Of a stretch of DNA of 64,000 bases, positions 18,804-27,557 are shown piece by piece. Below the pieces are notes generated by a model. That model did no database searches. It saw nothing but the letters and a program-made list of their open reading frames with translations, and was not told where the DNA came from. Each line of letters begins with the position of its first letter. Position 1 is the first letter of the stretch. The stretch lies in assembly GCA_009889635.1 (NCBI GenBank), contig WTZQ01000003.1, forward strand, positions 5,251 to 69,250. Reading direction: 5' to 3'. A program made the translations under genes and the position numbers. This DNA comes from Candidatus Hikarchaeum yamanae. Lineage in GTDB: Archaea; Halobacteriota; Halobacteria; Halobacteriales; Hikarchaeaceae.

Positions 18804-19916
18804 GTGGCACTAGAGCAGGAAATTGAAGAACTCGAACGGGAAATACGTGAAACGTCGAAAAACAAAGCAACTGAGTCTCATCTCGGCAGATTAAAAGCAA
18901 AATTAGCAGACAAAAAAGCACAGGTAGAACGACAATCCTCTTCGGGAGGGGGCGGGGGGTATGGCGTTCGAAAAAGTGGTGACGCGACTGTAGCTTTAGT
19001 CGGATTCCCTAGTGTAGGCAAATCCACTTTATTAAATGTTCTTACCAATGCCGAGAGCGAAGTAGGAGAATATGCTTTCACCACTCTAGGAGTGACCCCT
19101 GGGATGCTCCATCTCCACGGTGCAAACATCCAAATTCTAGATTTACCCGGCTTGATCGAAGGAGCATCTTCGGGACGTGGGCGCGGGAAAGAGGTCCTCT
19201 CCGTCGTCAGAACAGCAGACCTTGTGATTTTTGTCTTAGATGCACAACACATACAATTATATTCCACTCTTTTATCTGAACTCCATGAAAACCGCATCCG
19301 AATCAACGCAACCCCTCCTCAAATTAAAATATCTAGGACTAGCAGGGGTGGAATCACTATCTTTCACAGCGTCGATTTGGGTCTTGAAGAATCTACCATT
19401 AAAGGAGTCTTGATGGAATATGGAATCGTAAACGCGGATGTGACCATTCGAGAAACCCTTGACCTTGATAGCTTGATCGATGGAATCATGGGAAATTGTG
19501 TGTATAAAAAATCATTAGTTGTAATCAATAAATCCGATTCAATTAGCGCTTCCACATTAAACACCATTTCAAATGAATTGACGGACTACGGAGTGTCCCC
19601 CGAATGCATACTCCACATAAGTGCAAAAGAGGAGCTTGGAATTGTAGAATTTAAGGATGCAATTTGGGACTCCCTAGGTTTCATTCGAATATATATGGAC
19701 AAACCAGGAAGGGGACCCGACTATGAAGAACCACTTATCCTCCAAAAAGGTGCAACAGTTAAGGATGCTTGCCATGAACTTGGCGGCGATTTCTTAACAA
19801 CTTTCAGATTTGCACGCATAACTGGACCTAGTGCAAAACACGATGATCAAATAGTGGGAATCGATCATGAACTTTTGGAAGAAGATGTCCTCCGATTAGT
19901 CCTCAAACGGCAATAA
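18804..19916 (+). CDS. DRG/Obg-family GTPase with C-terminal TGS domain
   Basis: GFPSVGKSTLLN (G1), DLPGLIEGAS (G3), NKSD (G4). GTG start 28 nt after a TTTATCTA box. Confidence 0.88.
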   Translation: MALEQEIEELEREIRETSKNKATESHLGRLKAKLADKKAQVERQSSSGGGGGYGVRKSGDATVALVGFPSVGKSTLLNVLTNAESEVGEYAFTTLGVTPGMLHLHGANIQILDLPGLIEGASSGRGRGKEVLSVVRTADLVIFVLDAQHIQLYSTLLSELHENRIRINATPPQIKISRTSRGGITIFHSVDLGLEESTIKGVLMEYGIVNADVTIRETLDLDSLIDGIMGNCVYKKSLVVINKSDSISASTLNTISNELTDYGVSPECILHISAKEELGIVEFKDAIWDSLGFIRIYMDKPGRGPDYEEPLILQKGATVKDACHELGGDFLTTFRFARITGPSAKHDDQIVGIDHELLEEDVLRLVLKRQ

Positions 19917-19938
19917 TAGTCCGTCCCCTTTCTTAAAC

Positions 19939-20685
19939 TTATAAATGCATCTCTGTAAATGATTCTAGTGCTTCCATTTCCATATGGTGTAACTCCCCTG
20001 GTATTACCATCAAATGTAATGGTTTTCCAAAATCCATCTTTGACAATTTTTCCAACCTACCAGTGACCACACGTGGATTTTTACTCCCTGCCCTTGCTAT
20101 GATTATGCCTATCCAATCTTCTCCGATCCCCATTAATTTTTTCGCAGCTTCATTCCCCTTCATATATTTATTTTGCTCAATCTTTATATCTAAATATACC
20201 AATGTGTGTAATCCCCTTTCTCTATTCCCCTCAATCGTCTGATATACGCTATCTGGCAACTTTTCTACTGGTTCAAATGGCACTGTGGTGGATTTTCCAA
20301 ATCTGTAGTTTTGCAATCCTGTAAGTCCACACGCGGCGGTACTTGCACTAGTCCCGTGTATCACCTCAGTTTCTATCCCCCTTACATTCGCCCGAAGCCT
20401 AAGGTCTACATGGGTAGTGGCAATCATGGGATCTCCTGCTATTAGTATCGCAACCTCGCCTTCTTTCGCAGCTTCTAATACCTTCTCTGGATTCACTTCC
20501 ACATCCTCTCTTTGAAGAATCTCAATATTCTTTCCATAGTATTTTTCCAATTCTTCAACCTCCGACCCCCCTAGTTTACTCGTATAATTTTCAAGAAACA
20601 CAAAATCCGCCTCTCTAATCACTTCTGCACCCCTCACTGTGATCGATTTTACATCATATAACCCCAAACCGACAAATGAGAGCAT
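19939..20685 (-). CDS. dph5: diphthine synthase
   Basis: MLSFVGLGLYDVKSITVRGAEVIREADFVFLENYTS N-terminus is typical of Dph5. Confidence 0.9.
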   Translation of the reverse strand: MLSFVGLGLYDVKSITVRGAEVIREADFVFLENYTSKLGGSEVEELEKYYGKNIEILQREDVEVNPEKVLEAAKEGEVAILIAGDPMIATTHVDLRLRANVRGIETEVIHGTSASTAACGLTGLQNYRFGKSTTVPFEPVEKLPDSVYQTIEGNRERGLHTLVYLDIKIEQNKYMKGNEAAKKLMGIGEDWIGIIIARAGSKNPRVVTGRLEKLSKMDFGKPLHLMVIPGELHHMEMEALESFTEMHL

Positions 20686-20787
20686 ACTCGATTCTCGTTT
20701 TCGATCAATTAAACCCCTCCGTTAAAACACCCTGAAAATTCGAATAAACATCCTTATGAATTTGTTTGATCTCTGTGCAATCATATA

Positions 20788-22188
20788 ATGGCAAAGGACC
20801 TTCGAACTTATCTAGAAATCCTCGAGCGAGAATCGCCTTCTCAGTTGGCCTATATTGACAAAGAAGTCGACCCCAAATATGAAATAGCATCCATCGTCCG
20901 GAAATTACAAGACGAACCAGACGGTGCTTACCCTGCTATATTTTGCACAAATGTTAAAGGGTTCCCCGACTGGAGTGTAGTCACCAATTTGTGTGGGACC
21001 GATTATCGCATGGCACTTGGGATCGATGCGACACCCGAAGAAGCAATACGAGAGTACACAGAACGCGTTACAAACCCCATACCACCCATCGAAGTATCCA
21101 CCGGACCTGTAAAAGATGTAATCAAAATAGGGGATGAAGCTGATATCAATGAAATACCTCTTTTGAGTCACACAGTAGAAGAACCCGCTCCCTTCATGGA
21201 TGGGGAGGTTTTCGTTCTCTATGACCAAGAAAATTCTAGGTACAATACGGGAATCTATCGTATGATGAAAAAGGCTCCTCGGAAAACTGGAATATTTTTC
21301 GCCCAGGGAACGCATGCATATTCCATTCTTAGCCAGGCAGAAGCCAGAGACGAGCCTCTAGAATTTGCTGCCGTAGTTGGGCACCATCCTGCCTTTATTT
21401 ATGGCTGCCAAGTCCAAACGGTCGAAGACGAATACAATGCTATTGGAGGTGTAATGGGCGAACCACTCGAACTAGTAGATTGCGAAACTGTTGATCTCAA
21501 AGTCCCCGCAAATGCAGAGCTAGTAGTCGAAGGGGTAATCCAACCTCATGTCCGAGAAAAAGAAGGTCCATTTTGTGAATTCACATACTTACTCGGAAAA
21601 GCACGTGAATCTCCCGTCTGCGAAATAACTGCGATCACTCACCGAAAAGATCCTATTTACTTTGATGTTTACAATCCCGGGGTAGAACACGTGAACATAG
21701 GAAAACTCCCTATGGAAGTGGATATCTATCGAAAAGCAAAAGATTCAGTATCCCAGGTTATGGATGTCTTCATGCCTGCAGAAGCAAGTAGGACTGTAGC
21801 AATAGTCAAAGTAAGAAATGAATACCCCGGAGTTGGAAAACAAGCAGCAATAGCAGCAGCATCTGCAAAATACTTCCCCAAGATCATAACCGTTGTAGAC
21901 GAAGAACAAAATATCCGAGACCCCCACGATGTTTGGTGGGCAATGGCAATGAAATGCCGCCCCGACCGGGACTTTAATTTCGTCAAAGATGCATATGTGG
22001 AAAATTTAATCCCTGTCGCAACTACTGGTCGTGGCTGGCCCGATACGCACGGTGGTGTAGATACCAAATTGTTCATTGACGCAACCAAACCGCTCGATGT
22101 TGATTACCCACCACATTGTGAACCACCTGCAGAGATTTGGCAAAATATGGATCTCGACGAATACATCCGTGGAAGAAAATCAAGCTAG
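20788..22188 (+). CDS. UbiD-family (prenylated-FMN dependent) decarboxylase
   Basis: 466 aa; N-terminal DLRTYLEILERE and overall UbiD-like layout. Confidence 0.8.
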   Translation: MAKDLRTYLEILERESPSQLAYIDKEVDPKYEIASIVRKLQDEPDGAYPAIFCTNVKGFPDWSVVTNLCGTDYRMALGIDATPEEAIREYTERVTNPIPPIEVSTGPVKDVIKIGDEADINEIPLLSHTVEEPAPFMDGEVFVLYDQENSRYNTGIYRMMKKAPRKTGIFFAQGTHAYSILSQAEARDEPLEFAAVVGHHPAFIYGCQVQTVEDEYNAIGGVMGEPLELVDCETVDLKVPANAELVVEGVIQPHVREKEGPFCEFTYLLGKARESPVCEITAITHRKDPIYFDVYNPGVEHVNIGKLPMEVDIYRKAKDSVSQVMDVFMPAEASRTVAIVKVRNEYPGVGKQAAIAAASAKYFPKIITVVDEEQNIRDPHDVWWAMAMKCRPDRDFNFVKDAYVENLIPVATTGRGWPDTHGGVDTKLFIDATKPLDVDYPPHCEPPAEIWQNMDLDEYIRGRKSS

Positions 22189-22469
22189 CACTATTTTTCA
22201 ATGAATCCTCTCGCGGCTTAGGGATTTATTCAATACAATTCACCACTTGATAGCAACTGCTCTAACTGCAGCAGGAGTAAAAAAAGCCCATAAAGAAGAC
22301 GAATTCCGATAAATGAGGCACCGTTATTTGTATTGCCACCGGAACTAGGATTAAATGGCCCCGTGGAATCTCACCTCCATTTGACCCCGTACCTACAATT
22401 TCCCCTACGTTAGAATCTCTGAAAGATGCCACTTCTTTTATTTTTAAAGAGCAAGAATAAAATAGTCCC

Positions 22470-22829
22470 TCACTTGGATTTTTTCAACTGATTTTCCATG
22501 TGATGTATCTGTTCCTGGTGCAGCGAAATCAACATACTTGATAGGGATGATAGAATAAGCATTTGAACTCCCAATAAAATCCCAAACGCAGAAACTATGG
22601 CGAGAACTTCGTGGCCAGTATGATTCACAAACCAATCATATCCTACAAAAATCGCCATCATAATTCCCACTAATGTGGATAACAATCCAGTTCCTATGAT
22701 CAATTTATGACGGGTTTTGATCACTTCCAGTCCTTTATTTCCCCATTCCATGCGTTTCTCTATACTCTCCCCGTTCTTATTTTCTTTGATATCTAAACGC
22801 TTAACACTCCCAATCCCCGAGATATTCAC
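22470..22829 (-). CDS. membrane protein (2 TM), unknown
   Basis: 119 aa. TM helices LIIGTGLLSTLVGIMMAIFV and VLAIVSAFGILLGVQMLILSSL. Confidence 0.4.
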   Translation of the reverse strand: MNISGIGSVKRLDIKENKNGESIEKRMEWGNKGLEVIKTRHKLIIGTGLLSTLVGIMMAIFVGYDWFVNHTGHEVLAIVSAFGILLGVQMLILSSLSSMLISLHQEQIHHMENQLKKSK

Positions 22830-22835
22830 ATACCT

Positions 22836-23432
22836 ATGGATTCTGAAGACCCAGATTCGAACGCCGAATTTAATTTTGATAATTTCACAACACCCTCTGT
22901 AGTTGATTATGATGACTCTCTCATTCTAACACAAACAGTTGATCCCTCTGGAAGTAGCGGAGTCCGTTTATACCAACTTGAAGATTCTGTCTTCGCATTT
23001 ACAACCTTTAGTCGTGATATTCATTCTGGAACCGGCTGGTCTGAATTTTTACTCGCGAAAGGAACTCTCAATATTCACCCTCCCTCTTTTGATATGGACG
23101 CCTTATCTAATTCAATCGGAGACCTCTCTGTAAAAATATCCGAAAATCAAGTGAACGACGCCCTTGAAATCTATAAAACCCAATGTGTCACCGTAGTGGA
23201 ATCTGCTTTATTTGACCCTGATTCAAAATACGAAGTTGTTTTTAGAGGGCCTATTGCATACGTCGAAGATTTCTCCTGGCCAACCTCCCTTCTGGATAAA
23301 CTTTCTTCAGTTTTGGAACCCGACCAATTAGGCTTGGTACCTCCCATTTTTCTCCAACACCGAGAAGGGATGGAAGAAGATTCCTGGATTCAATTGCGTG
23401 GTCACTACATGGCTCTACTTGAAATTCTATAA
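22836..23432 (+). CDS. hypothetical acidic protein
   Basis: 198-aa ORF with no recognisable motif. Confidence 0.4.
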   Translation: MDSEDPDSNAEFNFDNFTTPSVVDYDDSLILTQTVDPSGSSGVRLYQLEDSVFAFTTFSRDIHSGTGWSEFLLAKGTLNIHPPSFDMDALSNSIGDLSVKISENQVNDALEIYKTQCVTVVESALFDPDSKYEVVFRGPIAYVEDFSWPTSLLDKLSSVLEPDQLGLVPPIFLQHREGMEEDSWIQLRGHYMALLEIL

Positions 23433-23441
23433 TCAAACTCT

Positions 23442-23789
23442 CTAAACTTCTATTTCTTGTTTTCTCGAAGTCGCTTCCTCTCTAATCACCACGCAAAACC
23501 TTTCTGAGCTAATGCCATATATTGTATTTCCCTCCTGAGTTCTATATTTTTTAATATCACATACTGGTATGTCATCCATTCTAATTTCCCAATCATCTAG
23601 GTATCTCACATCTATCCCTATAAATAGAATCTCGCATTCTAGCTCTTCCTCTAGGGCTGGAACTATTGTATGGGTGTATGTGCCGTCTTCAAACCTAGGG
23701 GGGTCATAAAATGGGAGGTCCATTCCCGATTTTATGGATTGGTTTTCAATCCACCAATCAGGTAATTCGTCTCTCCCATCTATCATCAT
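23442..23789 (-). CDS. hypothetical protein, translationally coupled to Rieske ferredoxin
   Basis: 115 aa; ATGA overlap with the upstream gene; motif ELPDWWIEN...PFYDPPRFEDGTY. No family assigned. Confidence 0.5.
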   Translation of the reverse strand: MMIDGRDELPDWWIENQSIKSGMDLPFYDPPRFEDGTYTHTIVPALEEELECEILFIGIDVRYLDDWEIRMDDIPVCDIKKYRTQEGNTIYGISSERFCVVIREEATSRKQEIEV

Positions 23790-24151
23790 AAAGTAACTAT
23801 GATCTTTCCGTCTTCAACACGCACAGGATATGAAGGAAGTTTGACAGATCTCCTAGATAAGCAAGTCCCCGTTTTTATATCATATTCCCAACCGTGCCAC
23901 GGACAGTTCAATATTTTTCCTTCTTTTATCCAATTCAGCCTAGTTTCTAGAGTGTCTCTATTAAACTCACCTTCAAACGTCCCTGTAAGGGTCCCTTCAC
24001 ACCAGGGTCCACCTTGATGAGCACACCAATTAGCAAACGCATAATACTCTCCATCTATATAAAATATTCCAATTTCTCTTCCCTTCAATTCAACAAGAAT
24101 TCTCTCTCCCTCTTTTATCTCTGAAACTTCTGCAACTACGTGATCTGCCAT
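23786..24151 (-). CDS. Rieske [2Fe-2S] domain ferredoxin
   Basis: CAHQGGP and CPWHGWEY cluster boxes; 121 aa. Confidence 0.88.
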   Translation of the reverse strand: MADHVVAEVSEIKEGERILVELKGREIGIFYIDGEYYAFANWCAHQGGPWCEGTLTGTFEGEFNRDTLETRLNWIKEGKILNCPWHGWEYDIKTGTCLSRRSVKLPSYPVRVEDGKIIVTL

Positions 24152-25221
24152 TAAATCCCGTACACCTCTTTGGCATTTCCTGACAATACTTTTTTTCTAT
24201 CCTTCGCAGGTATATTCACCCTAAGGAATTTCTCCAAACCCTCTGGATGGTCAAAATCGAAGTGTGGATAATCCGAAGAAAACATCATCCTATCAAATCC
24301 GATCACTTCCATTATCTTCCTCATGTCTTCTTGATTATTTGGCTCTCCAACGGGTTGGGTGGATATGTAGAATTGATCTTTGATATACTCTTCTGGAGTT
24401 TTTGTTAACATCGGCGCATCAAACCTTCGGATTGAGTGCACTTTGTTTAATCGATACATCATGTACGGGAGCCAGGTAACTCCCCCTTCTAAGAAAATAA
24501 ATTTTAGGTCTGGGAATTTCTCGGGAACTCCGTGTTCAAAGAGGCTAGTCATTGTTAGAAAGTGGGCATATGGGTGTGTTAACACATGCACTGCGAAGAA
24601 TGATTCTACTCCTGCATTTTGTCTTGGAAAATCAACGATAAATCCACTGTCATATGCATGATAAGATACAGGGAGTCCCTTGTCTTCTGCCGCTCGATAT
24701 ACTACGTCATATCGTGGGTCGCCTAGTGGCGGGTTTGGACCTGTATTGTCTATAAAAACCCCGATATATTGCTTTTCATCTGCCATTCTGTAAATTTCTT
24801 CTGCTGCCGCTTCTGGATCTTGCATTGCGACTGTTATCAAACCATAAAAGTGAGGATAGTCGTCCAAATATTTCTGTAGAACTAAATCATTATACCCTTT
24901 CATGAGCGCAACAGCAAGCCGAGACATAGATGCCTTTCCCAACTTCCCAAATGAATTTATTATTGGATGGTCGATGTGGAACTCTTCACATAACTTTTCG
25001 TGAATATCCTCTGGCCCCGTAATTTGTCTCTTTTCTATTTTCCCCGCCATACTTCTGTCCCACCCCGAATCTGGAAGTGGGTTCCCAATATGGCCCTTTG
25101 TCATTATACTTTTAAATGGCTCGTCGACCCATTTCGCAATCTCTTCAGGTTTTACCTGGAGATGGACATCTGTATCAATAATCGTCTCCTTTTTCAGTGA
25201 TAAATTTCTCTCATTTGCCAT
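24151..25221 (-). CDS. amidohydrolase-2 family protein (ACMSD/LigW-like decarboxylase or hydratase)
   Basis: IIDTDVHL near the N-terminus and FSSDYPHFD near the C-terminus; 356 aa. Confidence 0.8.
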   Translation of the reverse strand: MANERNLSLKKETIIDTDVHLQVKPEEIAKWVDEPFKSIMTKGHIGNPLPDSGWDRSMAGKIEKRQITGPEDIHEKLCEEFHIDHPIINSFGKLGKASMSRLAVALMKGYNDLVLQKYLDDYPHFYGLITVAMQDPEAAAEEIYRMADEKQYIGVFIDNTGPNPPLGDPRYDVVYRAAEDKGLPVSYHAYDSGFIVDFPRQNAGVESFFAVHVLTHPYAHFLTMTSLFEHGVPEKFPDLKFIFLEGGVTWLPYMMYRLNKVHSIRRFDAPMLTKTPEEYIKDQFYISTQPVGEPNNQEDMRKIMEVIGFDRMMFSSDYPHFDFDHPEGLEKFLRVNIPAKDRKKVLSGNAKEVYGI

Positions 25222-25279
25222 TTTAATTACTTATTCTGGTCCCATATGTAATAATCACACCGGATGGTGACAGAAAAAT

Positions 25280-26173
25280 TTAATACCCTTCACTAACCTT
25301 TTCGATCAAACCCGCCAATTTATCATAAAATAAAGGTGAATACTTTTCTTCTTGATCAATAGTAGGTCTGGCGTTCGTTTCGTTTATTACAACCCTATCT
25401 TTATTCACCAAGATATCTATCCCTACATATTTTATCCCAAGTAATGAAGCAACCTCTTCTGCAATTTTTCTGATGGGTCCTGGCATTTCAGCTTTCACCG
25501 CAATCGCATTTCTGTGGACATTTTTTTTCCATTTTTTACCTTCTAAATCGCTTTCTACAAATCTCCTTTCAACAGCACCCACATATTCTCCATCAATTAC
25601 CATAACTCGGTAATCTTTCGCATCAGGAATGTATTCTTGAATTAAGAATGATTTGTCTCCTGTTTCCACCCTATCCTGAATCAATCTAATATAATCCACA
25701 ATCCCTTCAAATGAGTCCACATCATCTACAAGAGCAATCCCCAATCCTCTAGTAGCCGAATTTGGTTTTATTATCATTGGATTTTCTATTTTTTCATATG
25801 CATCTCTTAACCCCTCTTCCCCAATGGGATTTGAAATCATGACGGTCGATGGGACATCAAATCCATTTTTATTCAGTATTGTTAGCACCCTCCCTTTATT
25901 CCTAGAAAGCACGACAGATTCCAATCCATTTACCCACGGAACTTCTAAAAATGCATCAATCACTCCTCCTTCCATAATACGAGATGGATATACAAAACCC
26001 ACATCTATACCTTGGAGCTCAATAGGATTTTCTTTAGAAATTGATATCCCTCTCCCATAAACATCAATATACCGGGCCAGTATTCCTCGATCTTTAAGAG
26101 GATCCTTCATCCTGTTAAAGGTCTCCTCATGAGTGATAACTGCTAATTCCAGCATACTCTTCGTTAATCTCAC
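25280..26173 (-). CDS. ATP-grasp ligase, RimK family
   Basis: 297 aa. MIIKPNSATRGLGI, FLIQEYIP, INETNARP are ATP-grasp motifs. Confidence 0.75.
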   Translation of the reverse strand: MRLTKSMLELAVITHEETFNRMKDPLKDRGILARYIDVYGRGISISKENPIELQGIDVGFVYPSRIMEGGVIDAFLEVPWVNGLESVVLSRNKGRVLTILNKNGFDVPSTVMISNPIGEEGLRDAYEKIENPMIIKPNSATRGLGIALVDDVDSFEGIVDYIRLIQDRVETGDKSFLIQEYIPDAKDYRVMVIDGEYVGAVERRFVESDLEGKKWKKNVHRNAIAVKAEMPGPIRKIAEEVASLLGIKYVGIDILVNKDRVVINETNARPTIDQEEKYSPLFYDKLAGLIEKVSEGY

Positions 26174-26189
26174 TGAAATTTCAACGTTA

Positions 26190-26717
26190 CTACTTTATAA
26201 GTTCTTGGCCACGTTCAACTACAATCCTACACGGGGGGGATAACTTATTGTACGCCCGCCTTAGTGCCTCTTTTGTAACATTCACTTGATCCACATCACA
26301 ATAAACTGTAAAAACAATATCCCCTTTGTTCACCCTAGCGGCGGTACCGACAGGTTTCCCAAAAGACAATCTCATCCCATCGGAAACACGGTCGGCACCC
26401 GCCCCTGTAGCAACCTTGTTTTCACGGAGAATTTGATGCGGGAATTTATTAAGTAAAAATGTGTAGTTCCCCTCTCCCAATTCTGCAGCCAAGTGGCGAT
26501 TGGAAGTCAAACGTGCCGCTTCAAGGGAAGTATGCCTCAATTGACATGACTCTTCCACTTTTAAGCAAATTTTAACAGGATAATCTTCATGGGATTTATG
26601 CACATCCCCCATGATATGTCGTACAATTCTCGATCCAGGAATTCCAGTTACGTAGTCTCTCCGTGTATAGGCGACTTTATTCTTTTTCCTATACATGGAA
26701 GCAGGCTTTCGGGCCAT
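26190..26717 (-). CDS. rpl10e: 50S ribosomal protein uL16 (L10e)
   Basis: [32 protein letters not shown]-terminus. Confidence 0.93.
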   Translation of the reverse strand: MARKPASMYRKKNKVAYTRRDYVTGIPGSRIVRHIMGDVHKSHEDYPVKICLKVEESCQLRHTSLEAARLTSNRHLAAELGEGNYTFLLNKFPHQILRENKVATGAGADRVSDGMRLSFGKPVGTAARVNKGDIVFTVYCDVDQVNVTKEALRRAYNKLSPPCRIVVERGQELIK

Positions 26718-26826
26718 AGTTACCAGAAAGAAGCTCTCACCTCTGCATAAAGGCTCCGAACCGTTCTTATCCTTTCACACCAGATTTCTCCACGTTATAT
26801 ATATTTTCCCCCATCGAGTGACATCT

Positions 26827-26843
26827 GTCAGACAAGGTCTGAC
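26827..26843. promoter_or_regulatory. 7-3-7 inverted repeat GTCAGAC-AAG-GTCTGAC
   Basis: Read directly from the sequence. It could be a hairpin or a protein site, and it shares GTCTGACGC with the 53.13 kb site. Confidence 0.4.
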
Positions 26844-26848
26844 GCACC

Positions 26849-26856
26849 TTTATGTA
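26849..26856 (+). promoter_or_regulatory. orphan TATA-like box (TTTATGTA) facing the non-coding region
   Basis: Preceded by GTCTGACGC, as at 53134-53142. No plus-strand ORF lies downstream. Confidence 0.3.
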
Positions 26857-26869
26857 GTTACAGAACTCA

Positions 26870-27080
26870 AAATCTTATACTCCTGCTTAAAACCCATCGC
26901 AGCGGTTATCACAACCACTGTTCGCCTCGACAACAGGAACAGCGGGAGTGGGTGCCACATACAGCAAATCATGGCTGATCTTATTGGCACCGTTTCTACC
27001 TTCTAAAGTGCCAACTTTATTCACTCATTACCCAACAAAACGTCGGACCATTTTTCTACTATCTCTTTTTTCAATCCAGG
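26870..27080. ncRNA. candidate structured non-coding RNA / leader (family unknown, strand unresolved)
   Basis: About 400 nt without a credible ORF. Helices: 26900-26907/26913-26920, 26915-26923/26937-26945, 26951-26957/26985-26991, 26983-26990/27008-27015. A TTTATGTA box at 26849 and T-runs at 27050-27076 favour the plus strand. Two G-U versus C-A positions favour the minus strand. Confidence 0.3.
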
Positions 27081-27121
27081 AGATCCCTCTGCAACTTTCG
27101 CGAAACTATCTTTTTGTACGC

Positions 27122-27502
27122 TTATTCTATCTCTATTTCCCTAGTTTCAAAACCTTCTTCGATTTTTGGACACGTTACTACTAGAATTCCATTTCTATAT
27201 TTTGCCTTCACCAAGTCTGAATTTCCAATTTTTGGAAGTACAATTTGTTCATTAATTTCTAGATCTATGTTTTTTGCGTTAATCATGAGAACAAATCCAT
27301 TACATTTAATCGATATCTCTTCCTTTTCAAACCCTTGTAGGTCCACTGTGATTATCATCTCCTCCTCCAATTCCTGAATATCAGTTTGGATCCCCGAACC
27401 ACTTTGGATTTTCCCTTCTTCTTCCACTGAGCCTATTATGGAGCCCACCATTGCTTGAATCTCTTCAAAAATATCTTCGAAAGGATCGTCAAAATTACGC
27501 AT
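27122..27502 (-). CDS. small heat-shock protein (Hsp20/alpha-crystallin)
   Basis: ITVDLQGFEKEEISIK...AKYRNGILVVTCPK alpha-crystallin domain. Confidence 0.88.
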   Translation of the reverse strand: MRNFDDPFEDIFEEIQAMVGSIIGSVEEEGKIQSGSGIQTDIQELEEEMIITVDLQGFEKEEISIKCNGFVLMINAKNIDLEINEQIVLPKIGNSDLVKAKYRNGILVVTCPKIEEGFETREIEIE

Positions 27503-27557
27503 TTTATACCCTACGAAAAGTCATGTATCAGCTTAAGTTTTGCATTCTGATTTATAT

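Noticed and set aside
22230-22370. Minus-strand open stretch of 46 codons ending in a hydrophobic tail (GGNTNNGASFIGIRLLYGLFLLLL...) in the UbiD-downstream gap
   Set aside because: There is no ATG, GTG or TTG between the upstream in-frame TGA and the tail. At best it is a decayed gene remnant, which is not supportable as a feature.
26718-27121. SRP RNA or RNase P RNA in the hsp20/uL16 gap
   Set aside because: I looked for GAGGAAAGUCC (RNase P CR-I) and for the SRP helix-8 GGAA/AGCA-type motifs on both strands and did not see them. ACAGAAC at 26860 is isolated. The region is kept only as an unclassified structured region.
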